Virus record (IMG/VR): IMGVR_UViG_3300050821_017216
Location: 55,900 to 119,899 of that record
Length of the DNA: 64,000 bases
DNA from: a virus
Strand: one strand, 5' to 3'
The notes under the pieces: generated by a model
Databases searched by the model: none
What the model was told of the DNA's origin: nothing
Seen by the model: only the letters and a program-made list of their open reading frames with translations
Part shown: positions 18,872-28,017 of the stretch, piece after piece
Layout of the letters: every line of letters begins with the position of its first letter
How positions within the stretch are numbered: position 1 is the first letter of the stretch
Program-made: the position numbers and the translations under genes

Positions 18872-19431
18872 CAGCGTCCCCGCGGCGGCCGGCGCGCGGC
18901 CAGTCCATTGCGACCCGGGCGCGAGAACGGGTTCTTTGCCTCGCGGGTCGAGTGACGGGACTCCTGGAAGTGGGCGGTCACCCTGTCCGCGCTCACTTTG
19001 TTCCTGGCGACGTACTGCTCGATGGCCTGCTTGACCGTGCGCGCCCACGTCGTCGTGGCGACGTACTGACCGTCGACGTAGATGTCGATCTTCGGGTAGT
19101 CCCGCTTGTCGCCGTACGGCGGATGGTTGCGTCGGCGCGCCTCGTCGACCTCTCCCTCCTCCCCGTCAGCGAGTAGTCCCGCGACGAGGTCCTCGACGTC
19201 GCGCTTGTCCTGGATGGCGGCGAGCACGTTCCCAAGCTGTTCGGCCTCCTGCCACCCGAGCTGGAACGTCTCGTAGCCCATGTCCTCCGCCTGCTCTCCG
19301 CCGGGGAGGCTGGCGAGGATGCGCCAGAGCAGCGTGGGGTAGTCGGTCGGGCCGTGGTCGTAGTTCGGGAGCCAGGACTTGAGCTCCTCGATCATGTCGG
19401 CGATCGGTTTGCGGGGCTTGCTGGGCATCAC
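18871..19431 (-). CDS. Two-module protein joined by GEVDEARRR
   Basis: ATGA/TGATG coupling. Confidence 0.75.
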   Translation of the reverse strand: MMPSKPRKPIADMIEELKSWLPNYDHGPTDYPTLLWRILASLPGGEQAEDMGYETFQLGWQEAEQLGNVLAAIQDKRDVEDLVAGLLADGEEGEVDEARRRNHPPYGDKRDYPKIDIYVDGQYVATTTWARTVKQAIEQYVARNKVSADRVTAHFQESRHSTREAKNPFSRPGRNGLAARRPPRGR

Positions 19432-21248
19432 TTCCTTCGCTTTCGTTCACGTTCGAGCGTCTGCTCGACCACTTCCATGTCCTCGGGCTCCACGTCGAAG
19501 AACGTGATCCCTCCGCCGAGCACCGACGCGCCGAAGTCGCTCACGCCCTCCCATACCGTGTCGGACAGGTCGCCGAAGCTCGCGTCCTGCATGTCGATCC
19601 GCTCTTGCCGGCCGGAGTCGGCGGCCAAGTCAACGAGGTAAGCCTGGTCGGGGTCGGTGGGGTCGAACCAGAAGGTTCCTACGAGGTCGGTGTCGTCGTG
19701 CCCTTCGTTGCGGGCGTTGACGAACTTCTTGTGCAACCACGTCAGCGCGTTGCTCTCGATCTGGCGGATGTCAGCGTTCAGTTGCTGCCACCCGGCCTGC
19801 GTGATGTCGCCGGACCGGATCTCCAGGAGGCCTTCCTTGATCGCCTTTTTCTTGAACTCGGGGTCCTCGTTGAACCGTTCGTGCGCGTTCTCCTCGACCA
19901 GGCGCTGGTCGTATACGCCGACGGCGAACCCGGCGTTCGCCTCCCGTCCAGAGCTCCGTGCCACGCGGCGCCGCTGGCGCGACTCCTCGACCCCGGCGGC
20001 CGCGCGCTTCGCCCACACCGATCCATCGCCGGACGTGGACCACGGGATCTCTTCCTGCCACCAGTCGAGCGACTTGGCGGCGGCCTCGACATCCTCCTCG
20101 GTGCGATCCAGCTCCTTGGAGACCGCGCGCACGACGTGCTCGGCGGACACCTCCGCCTCGCTCGATGGGATGCGTCCGCCGTAACGCGTCAACTCGTAGC
20201 CGTCGCGCTCCAGGTTCCCCTCGACAGTGTGGATGGTGTCGTCGGTCAGGTCGCCGTTGACGGCCACTGCGTCACCGAACTCCGCGATGCTGACGATGGT
20301 GTCAGGGTCGAATCCCTCCGCCTCCACGTCGGAGGCCATCGCGTCTCCCGGCGTGCTCCACGCCATCGCCTCGTTCTGGTCGGCCATCCGCTCGACGGTC
20401 TCCTCGATCGCCGTCCTGATGTCGCCGTAGCCGAGCACGTCGTCCCTGAACGCCTCGTCCTCGTCCGCGAGTTTTTCGGGGATGGTCGACACCCTCCCGT
20501 TCGACCACTTCACCGCGTGGTTGGGCATGTCCGTGGACCACCCGCTGGGCCCCTCGTCACCGCGACCGTAGTTGAGCAGGGCTTCCGCGATGACGAGCGC
20601 GCGCTGCTCCGGCGTCGCCTCGTCCTCGAACCAGATCCGCTGGTCGCCGTCGTCGTCGAAGCCGGCGCTCTGGAGCGCACTTCTGACGTCGTCGTTCTTC
20701 GGGTCGAGGTCGTCGAGGTCGAACCACGCCTCCTTCGTCCAGAACGGGAAGCCGACCTCGGCCGCATCCCCGTCGCCGACGTACTCGCGGACCGGCTGGA
20801 TCTTGAGCAGCTCGACGTGATCCCCGTCGGCCATCGCGATGGTGCCGCCGTGCGCACTGGGGTCCATGTCCCCACCGATCTGCTGCCACTCCATCGTCGG
20901 GATGGTGACCTCGACTGGCGTGGCGCCCGGCTCGATGCCGGGAAGGTTCTGCTGCTTGCGTCGTGAAGCCATCACCGACCTCGCTCCTGTTGAGCGCGTC
21001 TTTCGCGCGTGCACCTTGATCTCGACGGTGTCGCGTTCCTGAGCGCCGTTGACCCAGGCCGTGAACCTGTCGCCGCGATCGTGTAGCAGCTTCACGTCTG
21101 CGTTCAGCTGCCGACCGAGCCACACCTCGACAACTCGGAGCGGGACCTCACCGGCGCGCGCCTGGAAGTTCACCGAGTCGGCCAGCGGGTACGGGTCGAC
21201 GACCACGCTGGCGTCATTGGCGAGCGGCAGTGCCGGGTCGATCTTCAT
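19428..21248 (-). CDS. Acidic multi-module protein
   Basis: 606 aa. Internal RBS plus ATG at 20972. Linker GVEESRQRRR. Confidence 0.85.
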   Translation of the reverse strand: MKIDPALPLANDASVVVDPYPLADSVNFQARAGEVPLRVVEVWLGRQLNADVKLLHDRGDRFTAWVNGAQERDTVEIKVHARKTRSTGARSVMASRRKQQNLPGIEPGATPVEVTIPTMEWQQIGGDMDPSAHGGTIAMADGDHVELLKIQPVREYVGDGDAAEVGFPFWTKEAWFDLDDLDPKNDDVRSALQSAGFDDDGDQRIWFEDEATPEQRALVIAEALLNYGRGDEGPSGWSTDMPNHAVKWSNGRVSTIPEKLADEDEAFRDDVLGYGDIRTAIEETVERMADQNEAMAWSTPGDAMASDVEAEGFDPDTIVSIAEFGDAVAVNGDLTDDTIHTVEGNLERDGYELTRYGGRIPSSEAEVSAEHVVRAVSKELDRTEEDVEAAAKSLDWWQEEIPWSTSGDGSVWAKRAAAGVEESRQRRRVARSSGREANAGFAVGVYDQRLVEENAHERFNEDPEFKKKAIKEGLLEIRSGDITQAGWQQLNADIRQIESNALTWLHKKFVNARNEGHDDTDLVGTFWFDPTDPDQAYLVDLAADSGRQERIDMQDASFGDLSDTVWEGVSDFGASVLGGGITFFDVEPEDMEVVEQTLERERKRRK

Positions 21249-21249
21249 C

Positions 21250-21960
21250 TCAACTCTGCCTCCAGTACACGAGCCCGCCCTTGGTCGTGTACGAGTTGCT
21301 GTCGTACGACGACAGGAAGTGCGCTGCGCCGTCGGTGTCTACCGCGTCCTCGGCGGCGGCGTCGATGTCGATGCCGGCGATCTCGATCGCCTTCTTGACA
21401 GCGTCTTCGCGGCCGTAGATGTCTTCGAGGTAGCTCATCGGGTCCTTGAGCTGCTCTTCGGTCTGTCGCTCGGCGAGCTCGGCGATCTGGTCCTCGTCGG
21501 GTGACGGCACGTCGCCGTCATCGTCCTCCTCGGGCGCGTCGAACCCCTCGCGCTCCCACTCGCGCCAGAACTCGCTGTCGCGCATGTCGCGCAGGGTCTC
21601 CTCGTTCTGACTCTGCAGGTCGCTCTCGAGGTCGCGCCTTAGCCGGTCCATGTCGACGTGGCGCTCGATGAAGTCCTGGTTGAAGTTCTCGGGGCTCTCT
21701 TCGAGGTCCTGCTTGACCACGGCCAGCGCGAGCTCGCGCTCCTGGTCCTCGTCGGCGACCACGTTCCACTCCTTGCCGTTCTTCGAGCCGCGGATCGTGA
21801 CCTCGTAGACGGTGCCGGCGCCGAAACCGCCGAGGTGGCTCTCCTTGATCCGGAGCTCGTCGGGCTCGATGTCGAGCTCCCGGGACATCTCGGCGAGCAC
21901 CGACTCTTCGTCGTCGAAGTCGACGGAGTCGGAGGCGCGTACGGTGCGGCGGCGAGTCAT
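21250..21960 (-). CDS. Highly acidic phage-type protein with a basic N-terminal leader
   Basis: MTRRRTVRAS then a D/E-rich body ending DGAAHFLSSYD. Confidence 0.8.
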   Translation of the reverse strand: MTRRRTVRASDSVDFDDEESVLAEMSRELDIEPDELRIKESHLGGFGAGTVYEVTIRGSKNGKEWNVVADEDQERELALAVVKQDLEESPENFNQDFIERHVDMDRLRRDLESDLQSQNEETLRDMRDSEFWREWEREGFDAPEEDDDGDVPSPDEDQIAELAERQTEEQLKDPMSYLEDIYGREDAVKKAIEIAGIDIDAAAEDAVDTDGAAHFLSSYDSNSYTTKGGLVYWRQS

Positions 21961-22385
21961 TCTTCTGTCTCCTCTTCCTCGTTCTCGTCCTCCTCTTCCT
22001 CCTCTTCCTCTTCCTCCTCCTCTTCCTCTGCCGTGTCGACCTCGATCTCGGCCCACTGCTTCTCGGCGTCCTTCTTCTCGTCGAACCAGTCGGCCTCGAC
22101 GATGCCGTCGGACCGCTCGAAGAAGATGACGGCAGCGCTCTCGTCGAGGAGATCCTGCTCCTCCTCGGTGAGCGGCTCCTCCTCCTTCTCGGCGATCTCG
22201 CCGACCTGCTCGCGCGCGCTCTTGTCGAGCCACACGAGCCCGTACCAGCCGCTACCCTCGCCGTAGCTGGCCTCCTCGTCGACGCCGCCGTCGAGCGCCA
22301 GCTCGTAGGCGAAGCTGTCGAGCAGTGTGTAGAACTTCCCCGGCCCGTACGATCGGATCCCCTTCGCGCTCGCTCCAGCCATCAT
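21957..22385 (-). CDS. Highly acidic protein with a poly-Glu tail
   Basis: GPGKF..LDGG..GWYGL, tail of about 20 mostly Glu residues. Confidence 0.8.
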   Translation of the reverse strand: MMAGASAKGIRSYGPGKFYTLLDSFAYELALDGGVDEEASYGEGSGWYGLVWLDKSAREQVGEIAEKEEEPLTEEEQDLLDESAAVIFFERSDGIVEADWFDEKKDAEKQWAEIEVDTAEEEEEEEEEEEEEDENEEEETEE

Positions 22386-22789
22386 ACCCTCCACTCGACC
22401 CACTTCGGGTCGGACTCTGTCGGCAGTTGAGACGTCGGCACTCCGATCGACGTCAGGATCTTGCGGAGGTCTGCGTACTCCTCGGCCGCCACCCCGTCGA
22501 TGTACTCGTCGCCCGAGTCGCTCTCAACGCCCCAGAGCCCCCCGCTCTTGAGCGTCTGGGTGACGCCCTCGATCACGACCTCCGCCTCCGCGCGCACGCC
22601 CACGAGCGTGAAGTCGCCGCGCTCGTACTGCTCGCGGCGAGCCTCGTCCTGGTCCCTGTAGTCCGGGTCGCCGCTGTCGAAGTACGACGTGTCAGGGTCG
22701 TCGTCGGGCAGCACGAGCACGCGGATGGACCGCACCTCCGGCGTGGATCGTTTGCGCGCGACCTCGACGACGCGTTTACGCGTAGCCAT
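22382..22789 (-). CDS. Acidic phage-type protein with a basic leader
   Basis: MATRKRVVEVARKRS then ..VGVRAEAEV..SGGLWGVESDS. Confidence 0.8.
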   Translation of the reverse strand: MATRKRVVEVARKRSTPEVRSIRVLVLPDDDPDTSYFDSGDPDYRDQDEARREQYERGDFTLVGVRAEAEVVIEGVTQTLKSGGLWGVESDSGDEYIDGVAAEEYADLRKILTSIGVPTSQLPTESDPKWVEWRV

Positions 22790-22858
22790 CCAGTAGCTCC
22801 CTTCTTGTCGAAGCCATCCTCTCACGGCCGCCGACACGGCGCAAGTCGGCGCCGTTTT

Positions 22859-23614
22859 TCAACCGGCCGGGGGGACTTGCTTCGTGAGCGCCCAGATGAG
22901 CAGCGCGGCGAGCACGGTGACGACGCCGCCGGCGATCATGAACGCGACGCGCAGCCAGCGCGTGTTGGCCTCGGCCAGCTCCGCGCGCTGGTCCTGGACC
23001 CGCCGGAGTTCCCCCGCGCTCGCCACCTCTATCGCCCTTTTCTCGAGCTCGAGGCGCATGATCCGCTGCTCGGCCTCGAAGTGGGCCTCGATCGCCGCGC
23101 GCTCTTGGGCGAGCATCCCGCGCACGCGGTCGCTCGGGATCGGATCCGCACCCTTCAGCCGACCCAGGTCGCGGAACCGCTCGTCGAGCTGGTCCTCGAT
23201 GCGCTCGCTCACCTCGGCGAGTCCCTCCTCCAGGTCGTGGCTGGAAGCGACGCGCTCGCGGCCAGGCTCGACGTCGCCGAGCTTGACCTGCGCGTGCTCG
23301 CCGGACGGCGAGAGGTCGATGCGGATGCCGACGGCCCGCAGCGACTCGACCAGCGTCAGCCTGAAGTTCCTGAAGTCGCGCCCGAGCTCCGCCCGCATCT
23401 GCTGCAGCTCGGCTGTGATGGTGTTCTTGATGGTCTTCTCGTGCGCGACGAGGTGGTTGATGATCGACGCGTGGTACCCGGCCGCCGCGTTGCTGGCGCT
23501 CCACGCGACCCGCCAAGCGGCGCGCGAGACCTCTGTCGGGGTACCGTTCGGCGGCTCGGGGATGGCGGTCTCGTTTTCCATCACGTCCTCGTCATCGGAT
23601 CGGTTCTTCGGCAT
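22859..23614 (-). CDS. Coiled-coil protein with a C-terminal transmembrane helix
   Basis: ..WLRVAFMIAGGVVTVLAALLIWALTK. Confidence 0.75.
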   Translation of the reverse strand: MPKNRSDDEDVMENETAIPEPPNGTPTEVSRAAWRVAWSASNAAAGYHASIINHLVAHEKTIKNTITAELQQMRAELGRDFRNFRLTLVESLRAVGIRIDLSPSGEHAQVKLGDVEPGRERVASSHDLEEGLAEVSERIEDQLDERFRDLGRLKGADPIPSDRVRGMLAQERAAIEAHFEAEQRIMRLELEKRAIEVASAGELRRVQDQRAELAEANTRWLRVAFMIAGGVVTVLAALLIWALTKQVPPAG

Positions 23615-23739
23615 GGGCGCATGGTCGCGAGACCCTCTCGTCAGACTGCAGCGGCGCGGTCGCGCGCGCTCGTGCCGTCACCTCATCTTGTCGAGATCAA
23701 GGTTGCCCGAGCTCGAGAGCGAAAGCAAGATCTCTCCGC

Positions 23740-24114
23740 GTGGACCTCACCTACCGCGTCGTGCGCCACGTCGGCGAGCTTGAGCTGGGCGAGTGCACGG
23801 TGCGCGGCGCGCACGACGATCGCGCGCGCGTGTGGTGGATGCTCTGGGCGTGGGTCCGCAGGCAGGACGGCGGCGAGCCGTTCTACGTGGCGGTTCCGGT
23901 CAACCCGCACGGCCCGTACCTGGAGGTCGGGCCGAGCGGCCGGCGCACGTGGGGGCTCGCGCGCGTCGACGCGACCACCTGGCAGGTCGCGCCGTCGATC
24001 GACGTCGTGGGCGACAAGCGACCCGATGGGTCGCGCGAGCCGAGCCTTTGGCACCACACGCCGCGCGTCGTCGGGGTGCCGGCGGGCGAGCCGTGGACCA
24101 CCGAGACGCCGTGA
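23740..24114 (+). CDS. Hypothetical protein
   Basis: Trp-rich 124 aa, GC3-biased. Confidence 0.6.
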   Translation: MDLTYRVVRHVGELELGECTVRGAHDDRARVWWMLWAWVRRQDGGEPFYVAVPVNPHGPYLEVGPSGRRTWGLARVDATTWQVAPSIDVVGDKRPDGSREPSLWHHTPRVVGVPAGEPWTTETP

Positions 24115-24120
24115 AGGGGG

Positions 24121-24148
24121 TTGCGATCGAGTGTGTTTTGACTATGAT
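24121..24148 (+). promoter_or_regulatory. sigma70-like leaderless promoter
   Basis: TTGCGA-16 nt-TATGAT, 7 nt before ATG 24156. Confidence 0.6.
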
Positions 24149-24155
24149 TGAAAAC

Positions 24156-24614
24156 ATGCCTCGGCTCCGGCTCGTCGACTGGGCGTTCACGTGGGATCCC
24201 GACAAGGCGTCGGAGAACTTCAAGAAGCACGGCGTCACCTTCCTCGAAGCGGCGACGTCTTTCCTCGACCCGAACGGTCTGGATGGTGTGGACCGGCTCG
24301 ATCCGTCGCGCGAAGAGCTCATTGCCTACTCCGAGCAGCAGCGCCTCCTCCTGACGGTCTACGTCGAGGTCGACGGGGAGATCATCCGAATCATCAGCGC
24401 CCGGCGTGCGACCCGCGCCGAACGCCGCGCGTACGAAGAGAACCTGCGCGGCGGCAAACGCGCCACAGAGGCGACTACACTCGCCACCTATCGGTGGCGC
24501 CGCAACCCGTACGCGCTCGCGCTTCGGCGAACCGGCGTCCGGATCCTGTCGCCGGCGATGCCGCACGCCGCGCGCAGTCTCGACAGCTGGAGACGGCGGA
24601 GGGGGAGTAACTGA
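24156..24614 (+). CDS. brnT: BrnT-family toxin with a C-terminal extension
   Basis: FTWDPDKASENFKKHGVTFLEA..RIISARRATRAERRAYEE. Confidence 0.85.
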   Translation: MPRLRLVDWAFTWDPDKASENFKKHGVTFLEAATSFLDPNGLDGVDRLDPSREELIAYSEQQRLLLTVYVEVDGEIIRIISARRATRAERRAYEENLRGGKRATEATTLATYRWRRNPYALALRRTGVRILSPAMPHAARSLDSWRRRRGSN

Positions 24615-24796
24615 TGGCGCGCCCGCGAAAACCTCGTGCGACCAAGCAGTCGGTCGTCGTCGCACTGCACCTGACGCCGGCCGAGAAGAAGCTGCTCGAC
24701 GCGGCAGCCCTGCGAGAGGGCTTGCCGGTGGCGACCATCGCGCGCCTCTACGCGCTGCGTGTCGCCGGGACGACGGTGGCGGGTGGCGCTCGGTGA
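24614..24796 (+). CDS. RHH-type DNA-binding protein (candidate antitoxin)
   Basis: TGATG coupling, VALHLTPAEKKLLDAAA. Confidence 0.6.
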   Translation: MARPRKPRATKQSVVVALHLTPAEKKLLDAAALREGLPVATIARLYALRVAGTTVAGGAR

Positions 24797-24813
24797 GGTA
24801 GGCTTCGGAAACC

Positions 24814-25158
24814 ATGAGCGGCAAGGTCAGCTTCGCGTGGATGTCGAACCCGCAGTATTTGGCCCAAGTGGGCCACTTCCTGGGCGGCGTCGCGCTCATC
24901 GTCGTCGCCGCGCTCTTCTCGATCGCCCGGTGCGCGGGCTGGACGCCGACGCTCGTCACGCTCGGCGTCGGGGTCGCCGCCGCGACCTTCAAGGAGTTCG
25001 TCTTCGACGTCGCTCCGTGGGGCGAGGGCGACTCGTGGTCCGACTCGCTGATGGACTGGAGCTTTTATGTGCTCGGCGGCGCCGTCGGGACGGGGCTCGC
25101 CGGCTACGCCTACCACCTGGCCCAGAACGGCGCGTGCGCCGCGGGGCTCACCCAATGA
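24814..25158 (+). CDS. Membrane protein (3 helices)
   Basis: Hydrophobic, HFLGG..KEFVFD..D. Confidence 0.7.
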   Translation: MSGKVSFAWMSNPQYLAQVGHFLGGVALIVVAALFSIARCAGWTPTLVTLGVGVAAATFKEFVFDVAPWGEGDSWSDSLMDWSFYVLGGAVGTGLAGYAYHLAQNGACAAGLTQ

Positions 25159-25334
25159 AGACGCGAACCATCTGCAAGCGCTGCCACCGCCTGCGCGAGG
25201 TCCTCGGCCAATACTGCGCGGCTTGTCAGGCCGACCTCCGCGCGATTGAGCAGCCCAAGCGCGCGCCTACTGGCGACCCGCCCCAAGCCTCGGGGGAGGA
25301 GACCGTGGACGACGATCTGCCGGTCGCGGGCTAG
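25155..25334 (+). CDS. Small Zn-finger protein
   Basis: CKRC..CAAC. Confidence 0.55.
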   Translation: MKTRTICKRCHRLREVLGQYCAACQADLRAIEQPKRAPTGDPPQASGEETVDDDLPVAG

Positions 25335-26842
25335 GCCGCGACGACCGTGATCTTCGAGTCGGTCGGGAACCAGTAGGCGTTCCCGCCGAACCCGGTGCCC
25401 GCGCCGACGGCGGCGTCGAGGTGCGCGAGCGTGATCGCGGTGGGGCCCACGAAGAGCCCGGTCGCTGGGTTGAACGCGAAGGCGTTGTCCTGGTTGGCGA
25501 TCTGGAAGAACGCCGCTGTCCCACCGTCGAAGACGAAGGTGGACGACGCGGTCCCGACGATGTGGATGTTCCCGCCCGCCCCCGAGCCTGCTCCCAAGCC
25601 TGCCAGCTTGAAGAGCGCGCCGCCGCTCGTCGTGCCGTAGCAGACACCTTCCCCGTCGAAGTACGCCCCGAAGTTCGTGGCGTCGGCGCCGAAGGCGAAC
25701 CCGATTGGTGTAGACGCCCCGCCGTCGAGGAAGCGTCCGAAGTTTCCGATGAAGCTCGATCCCGACGGGAGCGCGAAGTCCTCCCCGACGTCGACGGTGA
25801 ACGCGCCCAAGACCTGGAAGTCCTGATCGAGGAACGCCCCTCCGCCGCCGAGAAAGACCCCGCGGCGCGCGTACCCGCAGATCGCCCCAGACGCCGAGCC
25901 GACGTCGCCGCTGAACTTGTCGGCGGCGGGCGTTCCCGAGAAGGCGGGCGCTGCGCAGTTCGCGAAGATGACGCCGCCGTTGGTCTGACGCGCCTGGTCC
26001 GTGATGCACTCGACGAACATGACGAGCGCGCCCGCCGTGTCGTCGAGGTAACCGAGCGATCCGTTGACGGTGAGCGTGTCGGCGGATCCCTGCGAGACGC
26101 CGTGGCCCCTGCGCACGAGCACCGTCGCGACGCCGGAGCCGTTGCTCGTGCCCCGCCCGAGCGCGAACGTCCCGTTCGCTCCGAAGTAGACCTCGGGCAA
26201 GGTCAGGATCTCGTACGCGTCGCTCGCCCCCACCGCGGCGGCACCGAGGCCGTCCTCCGCCGTCGTGATCGCGAACGCGGGCGCGGTCGTCGACACCGCC
26301 CTCGACGCCGCGATCGTCCCCGGCGATCCACCGGTGACGACCCAGCTCGCCGCGCCGCTCGTCGTGTCGACGAGCAGCTGGTCGACGTCGGGCGTCCACG
26401 AGACGACGCCCGCGTCGGTGACGGTCTGCTGGCCGGTGGGCGTCCGCGCGAACGCGTTGGGGACTGTCGCGATGGTGCCCGATCGCTTGACGGTCGTCGT
26501 GCAGTCGATGACGAGCGAGCACCCCGGCTGCGCGTCGAGGTCCCAGAGCGCCGAGAGGGGGTCGGTGAAGTCCGGCGCGTCGCCCGCCACCGTGACCGTG
26601 ATGTCGATCGCTGGCAGCGTCGGCCGGACGCCGAGGAGCCCGCCGTCCCAGCGCCTGCGGACCTCACCAACCTGGGCGACGGCCGTCTCCGGGGTCTTGC
26701 CGTCGTTCGCGTTGTTCCCGGTGTCGTAGTTCACAAACCACGCGGTCTGATTCAGGAACGGCGTCGGGTTGAAGCTGCCGGTCTGGGGTGTGGACGGGTA
26801 GACCTCCGTCGCGTACCTACCCCGACCGATGACGCGACTCAT
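25331..26842 (-). CDS. Beta-rich spike/fibre-like protein with the IGRGR leader
   Basis: MSRVIGRGRYATEVYP, WFVNYDTGNNANDGKT, G/A/T-rich. Confidence 0.8.
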   Translation of the reverse strand: MSRVIGRGRYATEVYPSTPQTGSFNPTPFLNQTAWFVNYDTGNNANDGKTPETAVAQVGEVRRRWDGGLLGVRPTLPAIDITVTVAGDAPDFTDPLSALWDLDAQPGCSLVIDCTTTVKRSGTIATVPNAFARTPTGQQTVTDAGVVSWTPDVDQLLVDTTSGAASWVVTGGSPGTIAASRAVSTTAPAFAITTAEDGLGAAAVGASDAYEILTLPEVYFGANGTFALGRGTSNGSGVATVLVRRGHGVSQGSADTLTVNGSLGYLDDTAGALVMFVECITDQARQTNGGVIFANCAAPAFSGTPAADKFSGDVGSASGAICGYARRGVFLGGGGAFLDQDFQVLGAFTVDVGEDFALPSGSSFIGNFGRFLDGGASTPIGFAFGADATNFGAYFDGEGVCYGTTSGGALFKLAGLGAGSGAGGNIHIVGTASSTFVFDGGTAAFFQIANQDNAFAFNPATGLFVGPTAITLAHLDAAVGAGTGFGGNAYWFPTDSKITVVAA

Positions 26843-26848
26843 GGGTGG

Positions 26849-26877
26849 ATTCTATTGCAATGGTCGCGCATCCGCAA
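26849..26877 (-). promoter_or_regulatory. sigma70-like leaderless promoter
   Basis: TTGCGG-17 nt-TAGAAT, 6 nt before ATG 26842. Confidence 0.65.
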
Positions 26878-26898
26878 AGTGGTCACGTTGAACGTCTC

Positions 26899-27978
26899 TT
26901 ACTGCTCGATGGCCACGATGTTGGCCCCGTTCGTACCCACGGTGAAGGTCGCACCACCGTCGACGCTCGCCGTGATCGTGTAGGTGTGCGGCCCGTTGTC
27001 GGGCAGTATGTCGACGGCCATGATCGGGATGGCGACACGCAGGGCGCCTGCAGCGAGAGCCTGCGGCGGTTGCGCGATGATGACTCCCGCGTCACGCGAG
27101 ATGGTCACGGTCAGGTTGCAGGGAGCGCTCGCGACGCCCAGCACGTTGGCCTGGATGCTGACGATGCCGCTCTTCTGCCTCTGGATGCTCGTAGTGCTAG
27201 CGGTGACCGTCCCCGTCCCGGTGCCGGTGTTCGCATGACCCTGGACGATGCTGACGATCGGGTCCCAGGTCCAGGTCAACGCTCCGGTGAATCCAGGCTG
27301 CGTCGCACTGAAGACCGCTGCAGGGGAGTAGCTCGTGACCGCCACGGGTCCGGCACCGGACAGGGTTGACGCCTGGACCGACGCACGGTCGAACATGAGA
27401 ATGTCGACGTCGGCCCCGACGTCGGACTGGATGAACGGCGCTCCCGTCACGATGGTGTTGGCCTCGAACATGTGCAGGCCAAACTGGCCGCCGCTCTCGA
27501 CGTGGACGAAAGGTGCGGCGCCGACCTGGGCCTGGGCCTGCCCGTTGTACATGCGCAGCGCCGAGAGCTGCCCCGAAGCGACGACGATGGGTGACGACGT
27601 CGCCACCGACGAGAAGAAGATGCCGTCGTGGAGCTCGAGCTCGCGGAATGTGATGATGGCGCCCGGTTCGGCGAGGATCGTCTCGTTCGCGTTCGACGGG
27701 ATGCTGTTGTAGAACTTGAACTGGTCGAGATCCCACGGACCCCCGCTCGGGATGCTGCAGGGCGCCGCGGTCGAGTCGATCGCGACCCACTTGATCGCCG
27801 CGGGATCGAGCGTACTGGTGGCCGCGTAGAGGTCGGGGAAGTCCCCGAACACGTTTCGGCTCGCCTTTGCGTTCTGTCGCCACACGAAGGACGACGCCAC
27901 GTTGAACGGCGAGACGCCGAGCGGTTGCGTCGGGTACGTCTCCCGCGCGTGTCGACCGCGACCGATGAGGTGGCCCAC
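26899..27978 (-). CDS. Beta-rich structural-type protein with the IGRGR leader
   Basis: MGHLIGRGRHARETYP. Confidence 0.8.
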   Translation of the reverse strand: MGHLIGRGRHARETYPTQPLGVSPFNVASSFVWRQNAKASRNVFGDFPDLYAATSTLDPAAIKWVAIDSTAAPCSIPSGGPWDLDQFKFYNSIPSNANETILAEPGAIITFRELELHDGIFFSSVATSSPIVVASGQLSALRMYNGQAQAQVGAAPFVHVESGGQFGLHMFEANTIVTGAPFIQSDVGADVDILMFDRASVQASTLSGAGPVAVTSYSPAAVFSATQPGFTGALTWTWDPIVSIVQGHANTGTGTGTVTASTTSIQRQKSGIVSIQANVLGVASAPCNLTVTISRDAGVIIAQPPQALAAGALRVAIPIMAVDILPDNGPHTYTITASVDGGATFTVGTNGANIVAIEQ

Positions 27979-28017
27979 GCAGGAGAGCGTACCACGGAGC
28001 CGCGATCAGGCGGCTAA

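Noticed and set aside
21962-22030. Purine/pyrimidine-rich simple repeat as a non-coding microsatellite
   Set aside because: It is the in-frame poly-Glu tail of the 21957-22385 gene, with synonymous variation
19605-24992. Long opposite-strand or off-frame ORFs (e.g. 19605-20966, 22325-24151, 23883-24992)
   Set aside because: Shadow ORFs expected at high GC, overlapping better-supported genes
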